Shown here one piece after another: positions 1 through 7,797 of a DNA stretch of 13,736 nucleotides (position 1 is its first letter; each line of letters opens with the position of its first letter). The DNA is taken from the NCBI GenBank assembly GCA_049969615.1, contig JBMFOM010000053.1, positions 1 through 13,736 of the forward strand, in the 5' to 3' direction. The notes beneath the pieces were generated by a model that saw only the letters and a program-made list of their open reading frames with translations, had not been told where the DNA came from and searched no databases. The DNA comes from a candidate division WOR-3 bacterium. GTDB lineage: Bacteria; Hydrothermota; Hydrothermia; JBDRYB01. The position numbers and the translations under genes were made by a program.

Positions 1-19
1 CTGACCCATCCGGGCTTTC

Positions 20-781
20 TCAAACCAGGGGGGTATGCTGAGAATCAAAAATGAGCACATCCGGGGAAAGGATCACCTCCTTTTTAATCCACTCATTCGC
101 GTAGTCCTCAAGCGCGGCCATTTTGCCGCCCTTACCGAAAAGGGTTGTTCCCCTTATCTCAGCGCCCCGCACAATGGGTGTCCTGGTCATCCAGAAGGCT
201 ATTCCGCAGTTATTGGGATCGGGGTTAGTGATGCCCATGAGAACGAGTTTCGCTGGGTCAGGTATCTCAATGCTGTCAAAGATTATCCTGCCGTAAGTTG
301 GTTGACCTGTAGTTAATTCTGCACCCCTAAAATCCGCAAGCCCTGAGAAGATGGTGGACCTGAAGGACAATAAGGACGAGACGCTCGCTCCTATGAAAAT
401 CGCCCCTCCCTGGAATTTTGCCTCCCAGAAATCCGCCCCTCCCTGGAATTTTGCCTCCCTGAAAATCGCCCCTCCCTGGAATTCTGCCTCCCAGAAATCC
501 GCCCCTCCCTGGAATTTTGCCCCCTGGAAATCCGCATCGGGAAATATGAAATTGGAGAAGTCAAGTTTGCCTGATGGGTGGGTTATAGCGTTGCCTTTAT
601 GTGGCCTGAACTCCTCGTTGAATTCGGTCCAGAAATCGGTTTGCTTTGCCTCGTGATTCGGGTGGTGATATACGCAGAAATGCCCTCTTATTTTCTCCCT
701 CTTAAACTCGTGTCTCCACTCCCTCTCCGCCTCCTCGCCCCACGCGGGGCGTTTGCATATCGCGCAGGTTGGTCCCGACAT
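20..781 (-). CDS. Pentapeptide-repeat-containing protein with N-terminal Cys/His motif
   Basis: 253-aa ORF from ATG at 781, 5 bp after the lspA stop. Contains ADFQG-AKFQG-GADFWEAEFQG-GAIFREAKFQG repeats and later ADFRGAEL. The N-terminus has CAIC...HFCVYHH. Confidence 0.8.
   Translation of the reverse strand: MSGPTCAICKRPAWGEEAEREWRHEFKREKIRGHFCVYHHPNHEAKQTDFWTEFNEEFRPHKGNAITHPSGKLDFSNFIFPDADFQGAKFQGGADFWEAEFQGGAIFREAKFQGGADFWEAKFQGGAIFIGASVSSLLSFRSTIFSGLADFRGAELTTGQPTYGRIIFDSIEIPDPAKLVLMGITNPDPNNCGIAFWMTRTPIVRGAEIRGTTLFGKGGKMAALEDYANEWIKKEVILSPDVLIFDSQHTPLV
395..535. repeat. 33-bp coding tandem repeat, ~4.3 copies
   Basis: Units start at 395, 428, 461 and 494, with a partial unit at 527. 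Consensus gaaa(a/t)(t/c)cgcccctccctggaattttgcctccca. No spacers; each unit encodes 11 aa on the minus strand. Confidence 0.95.
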
Positions 782-786
782 TCAGC

Positions 787-1290
787 CTATTCGCCCTCCG
801 GTTCCTCCTCTTTCTTCCTGAACGAGAAAACGATTATGATGAGTATCCCGGTGATTATGGCGCTGTCCGCGAGGTTAAAGTAAGGCCAGCGTGCGTCCCC
901 TATCCCGAAGTTCAGGAAATCCACGACCCTGCCAATCCTGAACCGGTCCAGGAGGTTGCCGAGCGCGCCGCCCAGGATCATGCCGTAGGCGACGGTGTTC
1001 GGCCATGTCTTCTCAAAGATCAGCGCTGACAAAACCAGCGCCATTATCCCGATCATGACCGTCGGGTATAGCCAGGCCATTTCAGAGGGGAAGAGCCTGA
1101 TGCCGAAAAGGATTCCCTTGTTATAGACCAGGGTCAGCTTGAAGAAATTCCCGATGACCGGGTAATCCAGGTATGGCTTTAAGTTGCTCACAACCAGGAA
1201 CTTGATCAGCTGATCCAAGAGGGTTATCCCGGCCCAGAGCCCGGCCGCGGTCGCCAGGTATTTCCACCTAAGATTCGCGAAAAACCTCAT
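787..1290 (-). CDS. lspA: Lipoprotein signal peptidase (signal peptidase II)
   Basis: Motifs DQLIK, YNKG, GALGNLLDR, VVDF and FNLAD (both catalytic Asp present) in a 167-aa hydrophobic protein. Confidence 0.96.
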   Translation of the reverse strand: MRFFANLRWKYLATAAGLWAGITLLDQLIKFLVVSNLKPYLDYPVIGNFFKLTLVYNKGILFGIRLFPSEMAWLYPTVMIGIMALVLSALIFEKTWPNTVAYGMILGGALGNLLDRFRIGRVVDFLNFGIGDARWPYFNLADSAIITGILIIIVFSFRKKEEEPEGE

Positions 1291-1326
1291 TTCCAGTTTA
1301 ACTCATTCCCCGACCTTTAGCCCATT

Positions 1327-1355
1327 CCCAGGGCAGGTTGAAACCTGCCGTTGGG
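1327..1355. terminator. GC-rich hairpin directly after the last membrane-cluster gene (possible weak terminator or mRNA-stabilising stem)
   Basis: ggcaggt(1332-1338)-tgaa-acctgcc(1343-1349), extended by ccca/tggg. There is no U-tract on the minus strand, so terminator function is uncertain. Confidence 0.35.
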
Positions 1356-2012
1356 TTATATGATGCGTAGCCAGTCGTGGAGCAGGAAATAAATCCGGCC
1401 TATGAGCAGGGAGAGCCTCGCCATGACCGTGTATCCGAACATCGCGCCGAACGCGACCATCAGGAAGGTTATGCCAACCCGCAGGACAGCCCCAAGCCTG
1501 CCTTTGTATTGCGCCGAGAAGAAGAAATACATCAGCGCGAACACCACCCCCAGGACAATGATCCAGTTGTTCATCAGGGTGAGCCATGTGGCACCCTGAA
1601 TGTTGAACAGGGGCAGGAATGTGGCTTGGGTTTGGGGGAAAAGATACCCGTTCACTACATTTACCAGGGTCAGGCCAACGCCCATTCCTGTAACAAAGGC
1701 TATGGGATACCTAGACAGGAATGTCATGTTGGGTAGGTATGTCGCGAAGACCTCAAGCTTGAACAGAATGAGCGCGCCGAGGAAAACCGCTACCCAGGTT
1801 ATGAACTTAAACACGCCCGGAAAGGCCAGGGCTTCCCTAACTGCCGGCACTATGCTCTGGTCAAGCGTGGCATAGACGCCCAGCGCGGCCGAGACACCGA
1901 CAAAAAGGTGTTCCGCCCATTTGTAGATAGGGTTATCCCGATAAAGGAAAGAGAAAACCGCAAAGGTCAGCAAGGCGGCAAACCAGATACCTATTAGTTC
2001 CCATATGTTCAT
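1356..2012 (-). CDS. Uncharacterised polytopic membrane protein (~6-7 TM), last gene of the DUF6754-like cluster
   Basis: Start reassigned to ATG 2012 (MNIWEL...), preceded by AGGAGG and 1 bp after the upstream stop; 218 aa. Motifs SFLYRDNPIYKWAEHLFVGVSA and FLMVAFGAMFGYTVMARLSLLIGR. Confidence 0.85.
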   Translation of the reverse strand: MNIWELIGIWFAALLTFAVFSFLYRDNPIYKWAEHLFVGVSAALGVYATLDQSIVPAVREALAFPGVFKFITWVAVFLGALILFKLEVFATYLPNMTFLSRYPIAFVTGMGVGLTLVNVVNGYLFPQTQATFLPLFNIQGATWLTLMNNWIIVLGVVFALMYFFFSAQYKGRLGAVLRVGITFLMVAFGAMFGYTVMARLSLLIGRIYFLLHDWLRII

Positions 2013-2013
2013 T

Positions 2014-2895
2014 TCACTTCCTCCTTGCCAGGAAAAACCCAAGGTTGCCCAGGAAAATGAGGATAACTACCAGGATGTGGACTATGCTCTGGGAGAGCAT
2101 TCCTATGGAAGCCTGGCCCTTGAAGCCGGCCAACTGCTCGTATTCGGCCGCGCCCTTCAGGCCTCCCAGTATCCCAATTATCTGACCAGCCTCAAGGTAT
2201 GTGTAGTAGGAAGGCGTTACCACCGCAGTTGAACCGAGGGCCATGGGCCACCGGCCTTGTGCCTGGCCGTATATGACCCAAACATCTCCCGTGAAGCCAG
2301 CCTCAAGGCCTATGAGTATGCCCTTCGGGTTTTCAACCGTTCCGAGGTCACGGAGGTTTCTGAAACCCTGCATGGCCGGCAGGCTGTCAAGGAGTATGCC
2401 CCTAACATCGCGGGAGAACGCCATCCTTATGTCTGAGTTCATGAGGAGCATGACGGCCATTCCTCCTGGTCTGAAACCCCAGGATACATAGTCAACCCCT
2501 TCAATCAGGGTGTCCGTTCTTTCCGGGTGTTTTCCCTCTTTTATCTCCCTGTTGAAATCCCTAACCGCGCTCATTATACCGTCTTGGCCAGCTATGAGTC
2601 CCTGGTAGTTCCAGTGGGTGAGGAGATAAACCTTGTGGCCTTTCGTGAACGCGTGCTTGCATATCCCATATAGCATTGGCTGTATTTCTGGCATGGATGA
2701 GGGGCCATAATCAGCTGAGAGAACTATCCTTGAGCCGGGCGGGAGCTTGTCTATGAACCTATAGATCTTCTCAACCTCCGGCGTTATCTGGACAGAGGGG
2801 CTTTTCTTGAAGAGGAACGGCAGGGTTGTTGCCAGGAACACCAGGCCGTAGATTATACGCCTGTCTATAGTTGTTAGCAGGTAAAGGAATTTCAT
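2014..2895 (-). CDS. Uncharacterised membrane-anchored alpha/beta-domain protein
   Basis: 293 aa: N-terminal TM (IDRRIIYGLVFLA...), soluble domain (SADYGPSSMPE; GQIIGILGGLKGAAEYE) and C-terminal TM. ATGA overlap with the upstream gene. Confidence 0.85.
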   Translation of the reverse strand: MKFLYLLTTIDRRIIYGLVFLATTLPFLFKKSPSVQITPEVEKIYRFIDKLPPGSRIVLSADYGPSSMPEIQPMLYGICKHAFTKGHKVYLLTHWNYQGLIAGQDGIMSAVRDFNREIKEGKHPERTDTLIEGVDYVSWGFRPGGMAVMLLMNSDIRMAFSRDVRGILLDSLPAMQGFRNLRDLGTVENPKGILIGLEAGFTGDVWVIYGQAQGRWPMALGSTAVVTPSYYTYLEAGQIIGILGGLKGAAEYEQLAGFKGQASIGMLSQSIVHILVVILIFLGNLGFFLARRK

Positions 2896-3704
2896 CTCAT
2901 ATACCCCCTTTCTATTCCAACAAGGACCCTGAGCGCGAACGCCAGGGAACCCAGGGATATGCCGAGGTCAATTCCCCTTCTGGCGGCCATCTGCGGGACC
3001 TCCATGATCCAAGAGGCTAGGTGAGGGACGCTTTGAACGACGAACCGGAACGCGGGGAAAAGTCGGCCATCAAGCCCTATGGGCCAGAGTAGGGTAACGC
3101 CAATCAGCAAGAAGAGAAGGCCGACCAAGAGCCTTATTCCCCTTCCCCATCCCTCGTATTGCCTGAAGACCCTGAGGAAATAAAATGCAAGGAGAAGGGC
3201 AAAGGCTATGAATATCGGAGCCGCGGCCCAATCGCCGAACGGGACCCGACCCAGCATCACTATTCCGGCTGACAGCAAGAGAAGGGATGACGAGAAGTTC
3301 CTCGCCCTGAACGCCCTGTATGCCGCGGAAGCGATGAAAAACGCCAGCAATGAGAACATCGTTGCGTCCATGGGCACGACTATGTAGCGGAACAGCCAGA
3401 GGAAGGTGGACTGGGTGGCGAAAGGCCCTCCGTATCTCCACCAGGCAAACGCTCCCCAGGCTATAGTAACCCAGAACCCGATCAGCAGTGTCATGGAATA
3501 AAGGACATTCTGCCGGCGTTGAACGCGTCTTATATGATGCATTACCAGGGAGTCTATGCCCACAGCGAGCGCAAAAGCGGCTATGATAATATCCCACTTC
3601 AGGGCCCAGGTCTGCATCATGGGGAACGGGTCAACGGGTATGAAGAACGCTGAGGCCATAAACAGCCCCACTATGAAAACGAGCCAAACCGGTGCTCTAA
3701 ACAT
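2892..3704 (-). CDS. Uncharacterised polytopic membrane protein (~8 TM)
   Basis: 270 aa, strongly hydrophobic. Motifs ATMFSLLAFFIASAAYRAFRARN, MLGRVP, AARRGI and LRVLVGIER. GGAG RBS upstream. Confidence 0.85.
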   Translation of the reverse strand: MFRAPVWLVFIVGLFMASAFFIPVDPFPMMQTWALKWDIIIAAFALAVGIDSLVMHHIRRVQRRQNVLYSMTLLIGFWVTIAWGAFAWWRYGGPFATQSTFLWLFRYIVVPMDATMFSLLAFFIASAAYRAFRARNFSSSLLLLSAGIVMLGRVPFGDWAAAPIFIAFALLLAFYFLRVFRQYEGWGRGIRLLVGLLFLLIGVTLLWPIGLDGRLFPAFRFVVQSVPHLASWIMEVPQMAARRGIDLGISLGSLAFALRVLVGIERGYMR

Positions 3705-3716
3705 ATCTTTCTCTCC

Positions 3717-5357
3717 TTAGCTCAGGAAAATGAATGAGATGCCCAGGCTCACCAGCAGGCTGAAGAGCACTATTAAGCTGACGAAGGTGGCCTTGAAGAC
3801 ATCCTCGGCTTTCAGGGTTGCCATTTGAAGCGCGTTATGCGAGAGATAGGCTGACGCGGCGTATTCCTCCTCGCCTATGAGCACATAGTCGCACGCGGCG
3901 AGGAAAAACGGTGTCTGTAGCACGGAAGCAGTGCCCGCGACCTGTATCGCGCCGACCGAGTAGCCGGCCTCGGCTATGACCAGGGACTCCGCGGCATAAT
4001 ATCCTATCAGTAATGTAGCTCCGGGCTTTTCCCTGACGATGAGGCCGCTAACCGCTCCGGCAAAAGCAAACTGCTGGCTGGAGACATAGAACACATTGTC
4101 CTCGTTGTAGAGGTCTGGCCTCCCGGCCTCCGTGTAAGCCTCTTTTATGACCTCCTTCGCCGCGGCCGTGACCATTGGATCAGCGTTGGGCATTATGACC
4201 GCGGTCTCATATTCCGCGGCCTTCTTAGCCACATGTTTGAGTATGGTCAAAGAAGCGATGGTCTCTATATCAGCGATGGTCCCTATGCCGGGAACATAAA
4301 CTATGGGCCTTCCCATCTCGGTTGACCGGCCAACAGCGTTGTCCAGCTCCTCAAGTCCGGCTATCTTCCTTATGAACATGGGTTTGCCCCTTTTGGCCAT
4401 AAAAAGGAAGCCGAAGAACACACACGCGAACAGGATGTCAAAGATGAGGACCGGAAGCTTCAGGAAGTTAAAGGGTTGAGGCTTTATATCTCGGGAATAG
4501 AAGATCGTTGACCCGTCCTCAGAGACCAGGTAATACCTGTATATGCTCATGGGTGAACGGCTCCTCAGGAGCGCTATCACCTCTTTGGATGCGCCTCGGT
4601 CAACGAAACCAGATTCCTGTCCAGCAACCTGCGCTACCGGTTCAGGGGGCGTGTGTTCCACTGTCTTCATGTCCTGCTCCCTGGCCTCAGATGACCTCAT
4701 GAGGGTGAAACTTCCCTTGCCTATGTCCCAGGAGAGCGTCAGACCGCTAAAGTGCACGGCCTCCCACATTGCCCTTATGTTCGGGATTATTTCTTGGCCG
4801 GTGGTGGCGTCCCGGATCATATAGTCCTTCTGACCCACAACAGCCGAGGCATCAGTGAAGCTCTGTGTCCCTGGAGGCAGGGTGATGATGGTGTTTCCAC
4901 CCCTTATTACCTCAACGAATCCCTGGGGCCGGAAGCCCCATTCAAGCCTGTAGCCAGCAAAGCCAAAACCCTGCCACCTGTGCGATACCACTAGACCAGC
5001 CAGGGGTTCTATTCTGACCGGTTTCGCGTCAACATATCCTCCCTCTTTCCAGACCAGGAGAGGAAGCCTCATGCCCCAAACATCTATTTCTTTGATGTAT
5101 CTGGGGCCTCCGACTGCCCTCACCGTATATGTGTGAGAACCAGCGGCCTCTTTGTCCAGGAACTCGTGTTCGCCCATCCCGGCCTGACCGATCAGTTCGC
5201 CATCCCTGAAGACCTCATATCTCAGGACCAGGGATTCGGTGGGCGATGGTTCCCAGAGAACCCAGTAGCCATCAGACCTGACCCCCACCATCAAGTTCTG
5301 CGCGGGCGCCAGTTCTGGTGCCTGGGCTATAATGCAAAAAGTCAGAATGCCTGTCAT
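3717..5357 (-). CDS. Fibronectin-type-III-like ectodomain plus DUF6754-like membrane-associated domain (long paralogue)
   Basis: 546 aa: short signal-like N-terminus, about three Fn3-like modules (W...Y/F-x-V/L-x-R...F-x-D...Y-x-Y/V), a TM helix, then IRKIAGLEELDNAVGRSTEMGRP...AACDYVLIGEEEYAASAYLS and a terminal TM. AGGAGGA RBS. DUF6754 assignment is from recalled motifs. Confidence 0.82.
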   Translation of the reverse strand: MTGILTFCIIAQAPELAPAQNLMVGVRSDGYWVLWEPSPTESLVLRYEVFRDGELIGQAGMGEHEFLDKEAAGSHTYTVRAVGGPRYIKEIDVWGMRLPLLVWKEGGYVDAKPVRIEPLAGLVVSHRWQGFGFAGYRLEWGFRPQGFVEVIRGGNTIITLPPGTQSFTDASAVVGQKDYMIRDATTGQEIIPNIRAMWEAVHFSGLTLSWDIGKGSFTLMRSSEAREQDMKTVEHTPPEPVAQVAGQESGFVDRGASKEVIALLRSRSPMSIYRYYLVSEDGSTIFYSRDIKPQPFNFLKLPVLIFDILFACVFFGFLFMAKRGKPMFIRKIAGLEELDNAVGRSTEMGRPIVYVPGIGTIADIETIASLTILKHVAKKAAEYETAVIMPNADPMVTAAAKEVIKEAYTEAGRPDLYNEDNVFYVSSQQFAFAGAVSGLIVREKPGATLLIGYYAAESLVIAEAGYSVGAIQVAGTASVLQTPFFLAACDYVLIGEEEYAASAYLSHNALQMATLKAEDVFKATFVSLIVLFSLLVSLGISFIFLS

Positions 5358-5368
5358 TAAGTCCTCCT

Positions 5369-6442
5369 TCAGGTCATAAGAAGATCAAAGATGAACTTCC
5401 ATCCTATGGTCTCGGCCACTGATCCAACCGCTATGAGTATGACGGTGATCAGCTTGAAGATGTCCTCAGCTTTAATGGTCGCTATCTGCAGGGCGTCGTC
5501 GGAAAGGTATGCCGATGCCGCATATAGCTCTTCCCCTATGAGGGTGTAATCGCAGGACGCGACGAAAAACGGGAGCTGATCTGTGGCAGATGTTCCAGCA
5601 ACCTGTATCGCGCCAACGGATTGCCCCACCTCAGCGAACATCAGGCTTTCCGCATAAAAATACCCAAGGAGGAAGACCGCGCCCGCCTTTTCCCTTATTG
5701 CAACGCCGTTAACCGCGGCCGCATAGGCGAACTGCTCCGGCGAGACAAAGAATATGTCATCCTCGTTGTAGAGGTCTGGCCTTCCGGCCTCCGTGTATGC
5801 CTCCTTGACGACCTCCTGGCTCGCGGCCATCACCAGGGGGTCGTTATTTGGCACGAGGAGTTTGGTCTCATAATCAGCGGCCTTTCTGCCTATGTGTTTT
5901 AGGACCGTGAGGGCGGCAACCGTTGGCAATTCGCTTATGGTACTCAGGCCGTGGATGAAGAGTATCGGCCTACCCAGCTCGGTTGCCCTTCCCACCGCGT
6001 TATCTAACTCCTCAAGTCCGGCTATCTTGCGGATGGTCATGGTAACGCCCCCCCTCGCCGCGAAGAGATAGGCAAAGAATACGAGGCTGAATGCCAACAG
6101 GAAGATCAGGTTGTTGAGCCGTGTGAAATCAAACCACGCGGGCCTGAATGTGATTGAGCAGGGGGCTGATTCCGCTGTTTCTTCGCCCCTAACGGCGGAG
6201 ATGATGAAGGTGTAGGTTTTGCCGGGTTTTACATCAAAATGCTTGTAGCGGTTGTATTCCTGGCTGGTGGTCGCGAGATAAACCTTCTCTCCAGATGAAT
6301 CCACCAGGTATATATCGTAGAATTGTGCGCCCGGACTCCTGTTCCACATCACCATGAGGCCTGCCGTAGTGTCGCCCACACAGGTTAGCCCCCGGATTCC
6401 GGATGGCGCGGCCAGCGCAAGCACCTCCAAGAGAACGATCAT
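5369..6442 (-). CDS. Fibronectin-type-III-like ectodomain plus DUF6754-like domain (short paralogue)
   Basis: 357 aa: a single Fn3 module (VMWNRSPGAQFYDIY...VKPGKTYTFIISAV...ES), a TM helix, then IRKIAGLEELDNAVGRATELGRP...ASCDYTLIGEELYAASAYLS, clearly homologous to the adjacent gene. Confidence 0.85.
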   Translation of the reverse strand: MIVLLEVLALAAPSGIRGLTCVGDTTAGLMVMWNRSPGAQFYDIYLVDSSGEKVYLATTSQEYNRYKHFDVKPGKTYTFIISAVRGEETAESAPCSITFRPAWFDFTRLNNLIFLLAFSLVFFAYLFAARGGVTMTIRKIAGLEELDNAVGRATELGRPILFIHGLSTISELPTVAALTVLKHIGRKAADYETKLLVPNNDPLVMAASQEVVKEAYTEAGRPDLYNEDDIFFVSPEQFAYAAAVNGVAIREKAGAVFLLGYFYAESLMFAEVGQSVGAIQVAGTSATDQLPFFVASCDYTLIGEELYAASAYLSDDALQIATIKAEDIFKLITVILIAVGSVAETIGWKFIFDLLMT

Positions 6443-6460
6443 TTTCTCATCCCCTGTTTT

Positions 6461-7714
6461 TCATGTTCCCTCTCGCCAGTCCGAAAGATATTTCACCTGA
6501 TCAGGCCTCAGTTCCTCCAGGCCCATTTTCATATGCTTGAGCTTTGCCCTGGCAATCATCTCATCTATTTCCCTGGGCAGGGTATAGACCCTTTTTTCTA
6601 GCTTGCCCGCGTTGTCCTTCAAGTATTTTGCCGCGAGGAACTGGTTCGCAAAGCTCATGTCCATGACCTCAGCAGGGTGACCCTCCGCGCCAGAGAGATT
6701 GACCAGCCTGCCATCAGTAAGCAGATACACTTTCCGGCCGTCCTTGAGATTGAATTGCCTCACACCTGGCCTTACCTCGGTTTCGCCTACAGACATCCGC
6801 ACCAGGGCCGGTATGTTTATCTCAACATCAAAGTGACCTGAGTTCGCCAGGATTATACCATCCCTAGCGTGAACCAGGTGTTCCTCATCAACAACATGCT
6901 TGTCCCCGGTCGCGGTGACCAGTATATCAGCCCTGGAAATGGCCTCTGAGACGCTTACTGCTTCAAAGCCATCCATCACGGCCTCAAGCGCTCTCACCGG
7001 GTCTGACTCGCAGACCAGAACTCTCGCACCTGATCCCTTTGCCCTCTGGGCTATTCCCTTTCCGCACCAGCCATATCCGGCAACAGCAAAGGTCTTTCCT
7101 GCCAGTAGGATGTTCGTGAGCCTCAGGATGCCGTCTATGGTGCTTTGGCCAGTGCCATAACGGTTGTCAAACAGGCACTTCGTTAGGGAATCGTTGACCG
7201 CAATTATAGGATAAAGCAGAACACCCTCGCGCTCCATAGCCCTGAACCTTATGACTCCGGTCGTGGTCTCCTCGGTGCCACCGAGTGCATCCTTTGCCAT
7301 GGCTGGTGCCTCCCTGTGTATATAAGAGGTGAGATCTCCGCCGTCATCCATTGTGATGTGGGGTCCGTTACCCAGACATCTCTTTATATGGTCATAATAA
7401 GTCTCCCTGTCTTCGCCGTGGATGGCAAATACGGGTATTCTATGGTTTATCGCCAGGGCCGCCGCGACATCGTCCTGGGTTGAAAGGGGGTTGGAAGCGC
7501 AGAGCCGCACGCTCGCGCCCGCGGCCCGCAAGGCCAGAACAAGATTAGCGGTTTCGGTTGTGACATGGAGACAAAGGGAGAGCTCAAGGCCGCTCATCGC
7601 GCCCGCGTGTTCCTTTGCGAGGTTTGCCAGGACAGGCATGTGTTCGCCAGCCCAGGCTATTCTCTTCTCGCCCAGGTCTGCAAGTCCGGCATCGGCTATG
7701 TGATAATCTTCCAT
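6461..7714 (-). CDS. ahcY: Adenosylhomocysteinase (S-adenosyl-L-homocysteine hydrolase)
   Basis: Motifs CLHVT, SNPLSTQDDVAAAL, DDGGD, EETTTG, KCLFDNRYGTGQS, GYGWCGKG, GHFDVEI and GRLVNL...GHP; 417 aa. Confidence 0.98.
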   Translation of the reverse strand: MEDYHIADAGLADLGEKRIAWAGEHMPVLANLAKEHAGAMSGLELSLCLHVTTETANLVLALRAAGASVRLCASNPLSTQDDVAAALAINHRIPVFAIHGEDRETYYDHIKRCLGNGPHITMDDGGDLTSYIHREAPAMAKDALGGTEETTTGVIRFRAMEREGVLLYPIIAVNDSLTKCLFDNRYGTGQSTIDGILRLTNILLAGKTFAVAGYGWCGKGIAQRAKGSGARVLVCESDPVRALEAVMDGFEAVSVSEAISRADILVTATGDKHVVDEEHLVHARDGIILANSGHFDVEINIPALVRMSVGETEVRPGVRQFNLKDGRKVYLLTDGRLVNLSGAEGHPAEVMDMSFANQFLAAKYLKDNAGKLEKRVYTLPREIDEMIARAKLKHMKMGLEELRPDQVKYLSDWREGT

Positions 7715-7753
7715 AAGACTCTATCTCCACCCAACTGCTTCGCTCAGTTGTCA

Positions 7754-7783
7754 ATTATATCCGTCGGCCACGGGGTGGATCAA
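7754..7783 (-). promoter_or_regulatory. Sigma70-type promoter for the ahcY / membrane-cluster operon
   Basis: Minus strand reads TTGATC (7783-7778), 18-bp spacer, TATAAT (7759-7754), about 40 bp upstream of the ahcY ATG. A GGAG RBS lies in the leader. Confidence 0.7.
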
Positions 7784-7797
7784 ATAGGCCTTTCACC

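Noticed and set aside
395-535. 33-bp repeats as a CRISPR array
   Set aside because: Units are contiguous with no spacers, in frame within a CDS, and no cas genes are present.
2013-2042. ORF-track N-terminal extension of the 228-aa membrane protein
   Set aside because: It overlaps the upstream gene; ATG 2012 has an AGGAGG RBS and directly follows the upstream stop.
1356-3704. Membrane genes as ABC, ECF or TRAP transporter permeases
   Set aside because: No EAA loop, DctM-sized subunit, binding protein or ATPase is recognisable in the operon. The only ATPase in the window is FtsE, in a separate operon.
3717-6442. Paralogue similarity as a diversity-generating retroelement TR/VR pair
   Set aside because: Both copies are full coding domains, differences are not adenine-restricted, and no reverse transcriptase is present.
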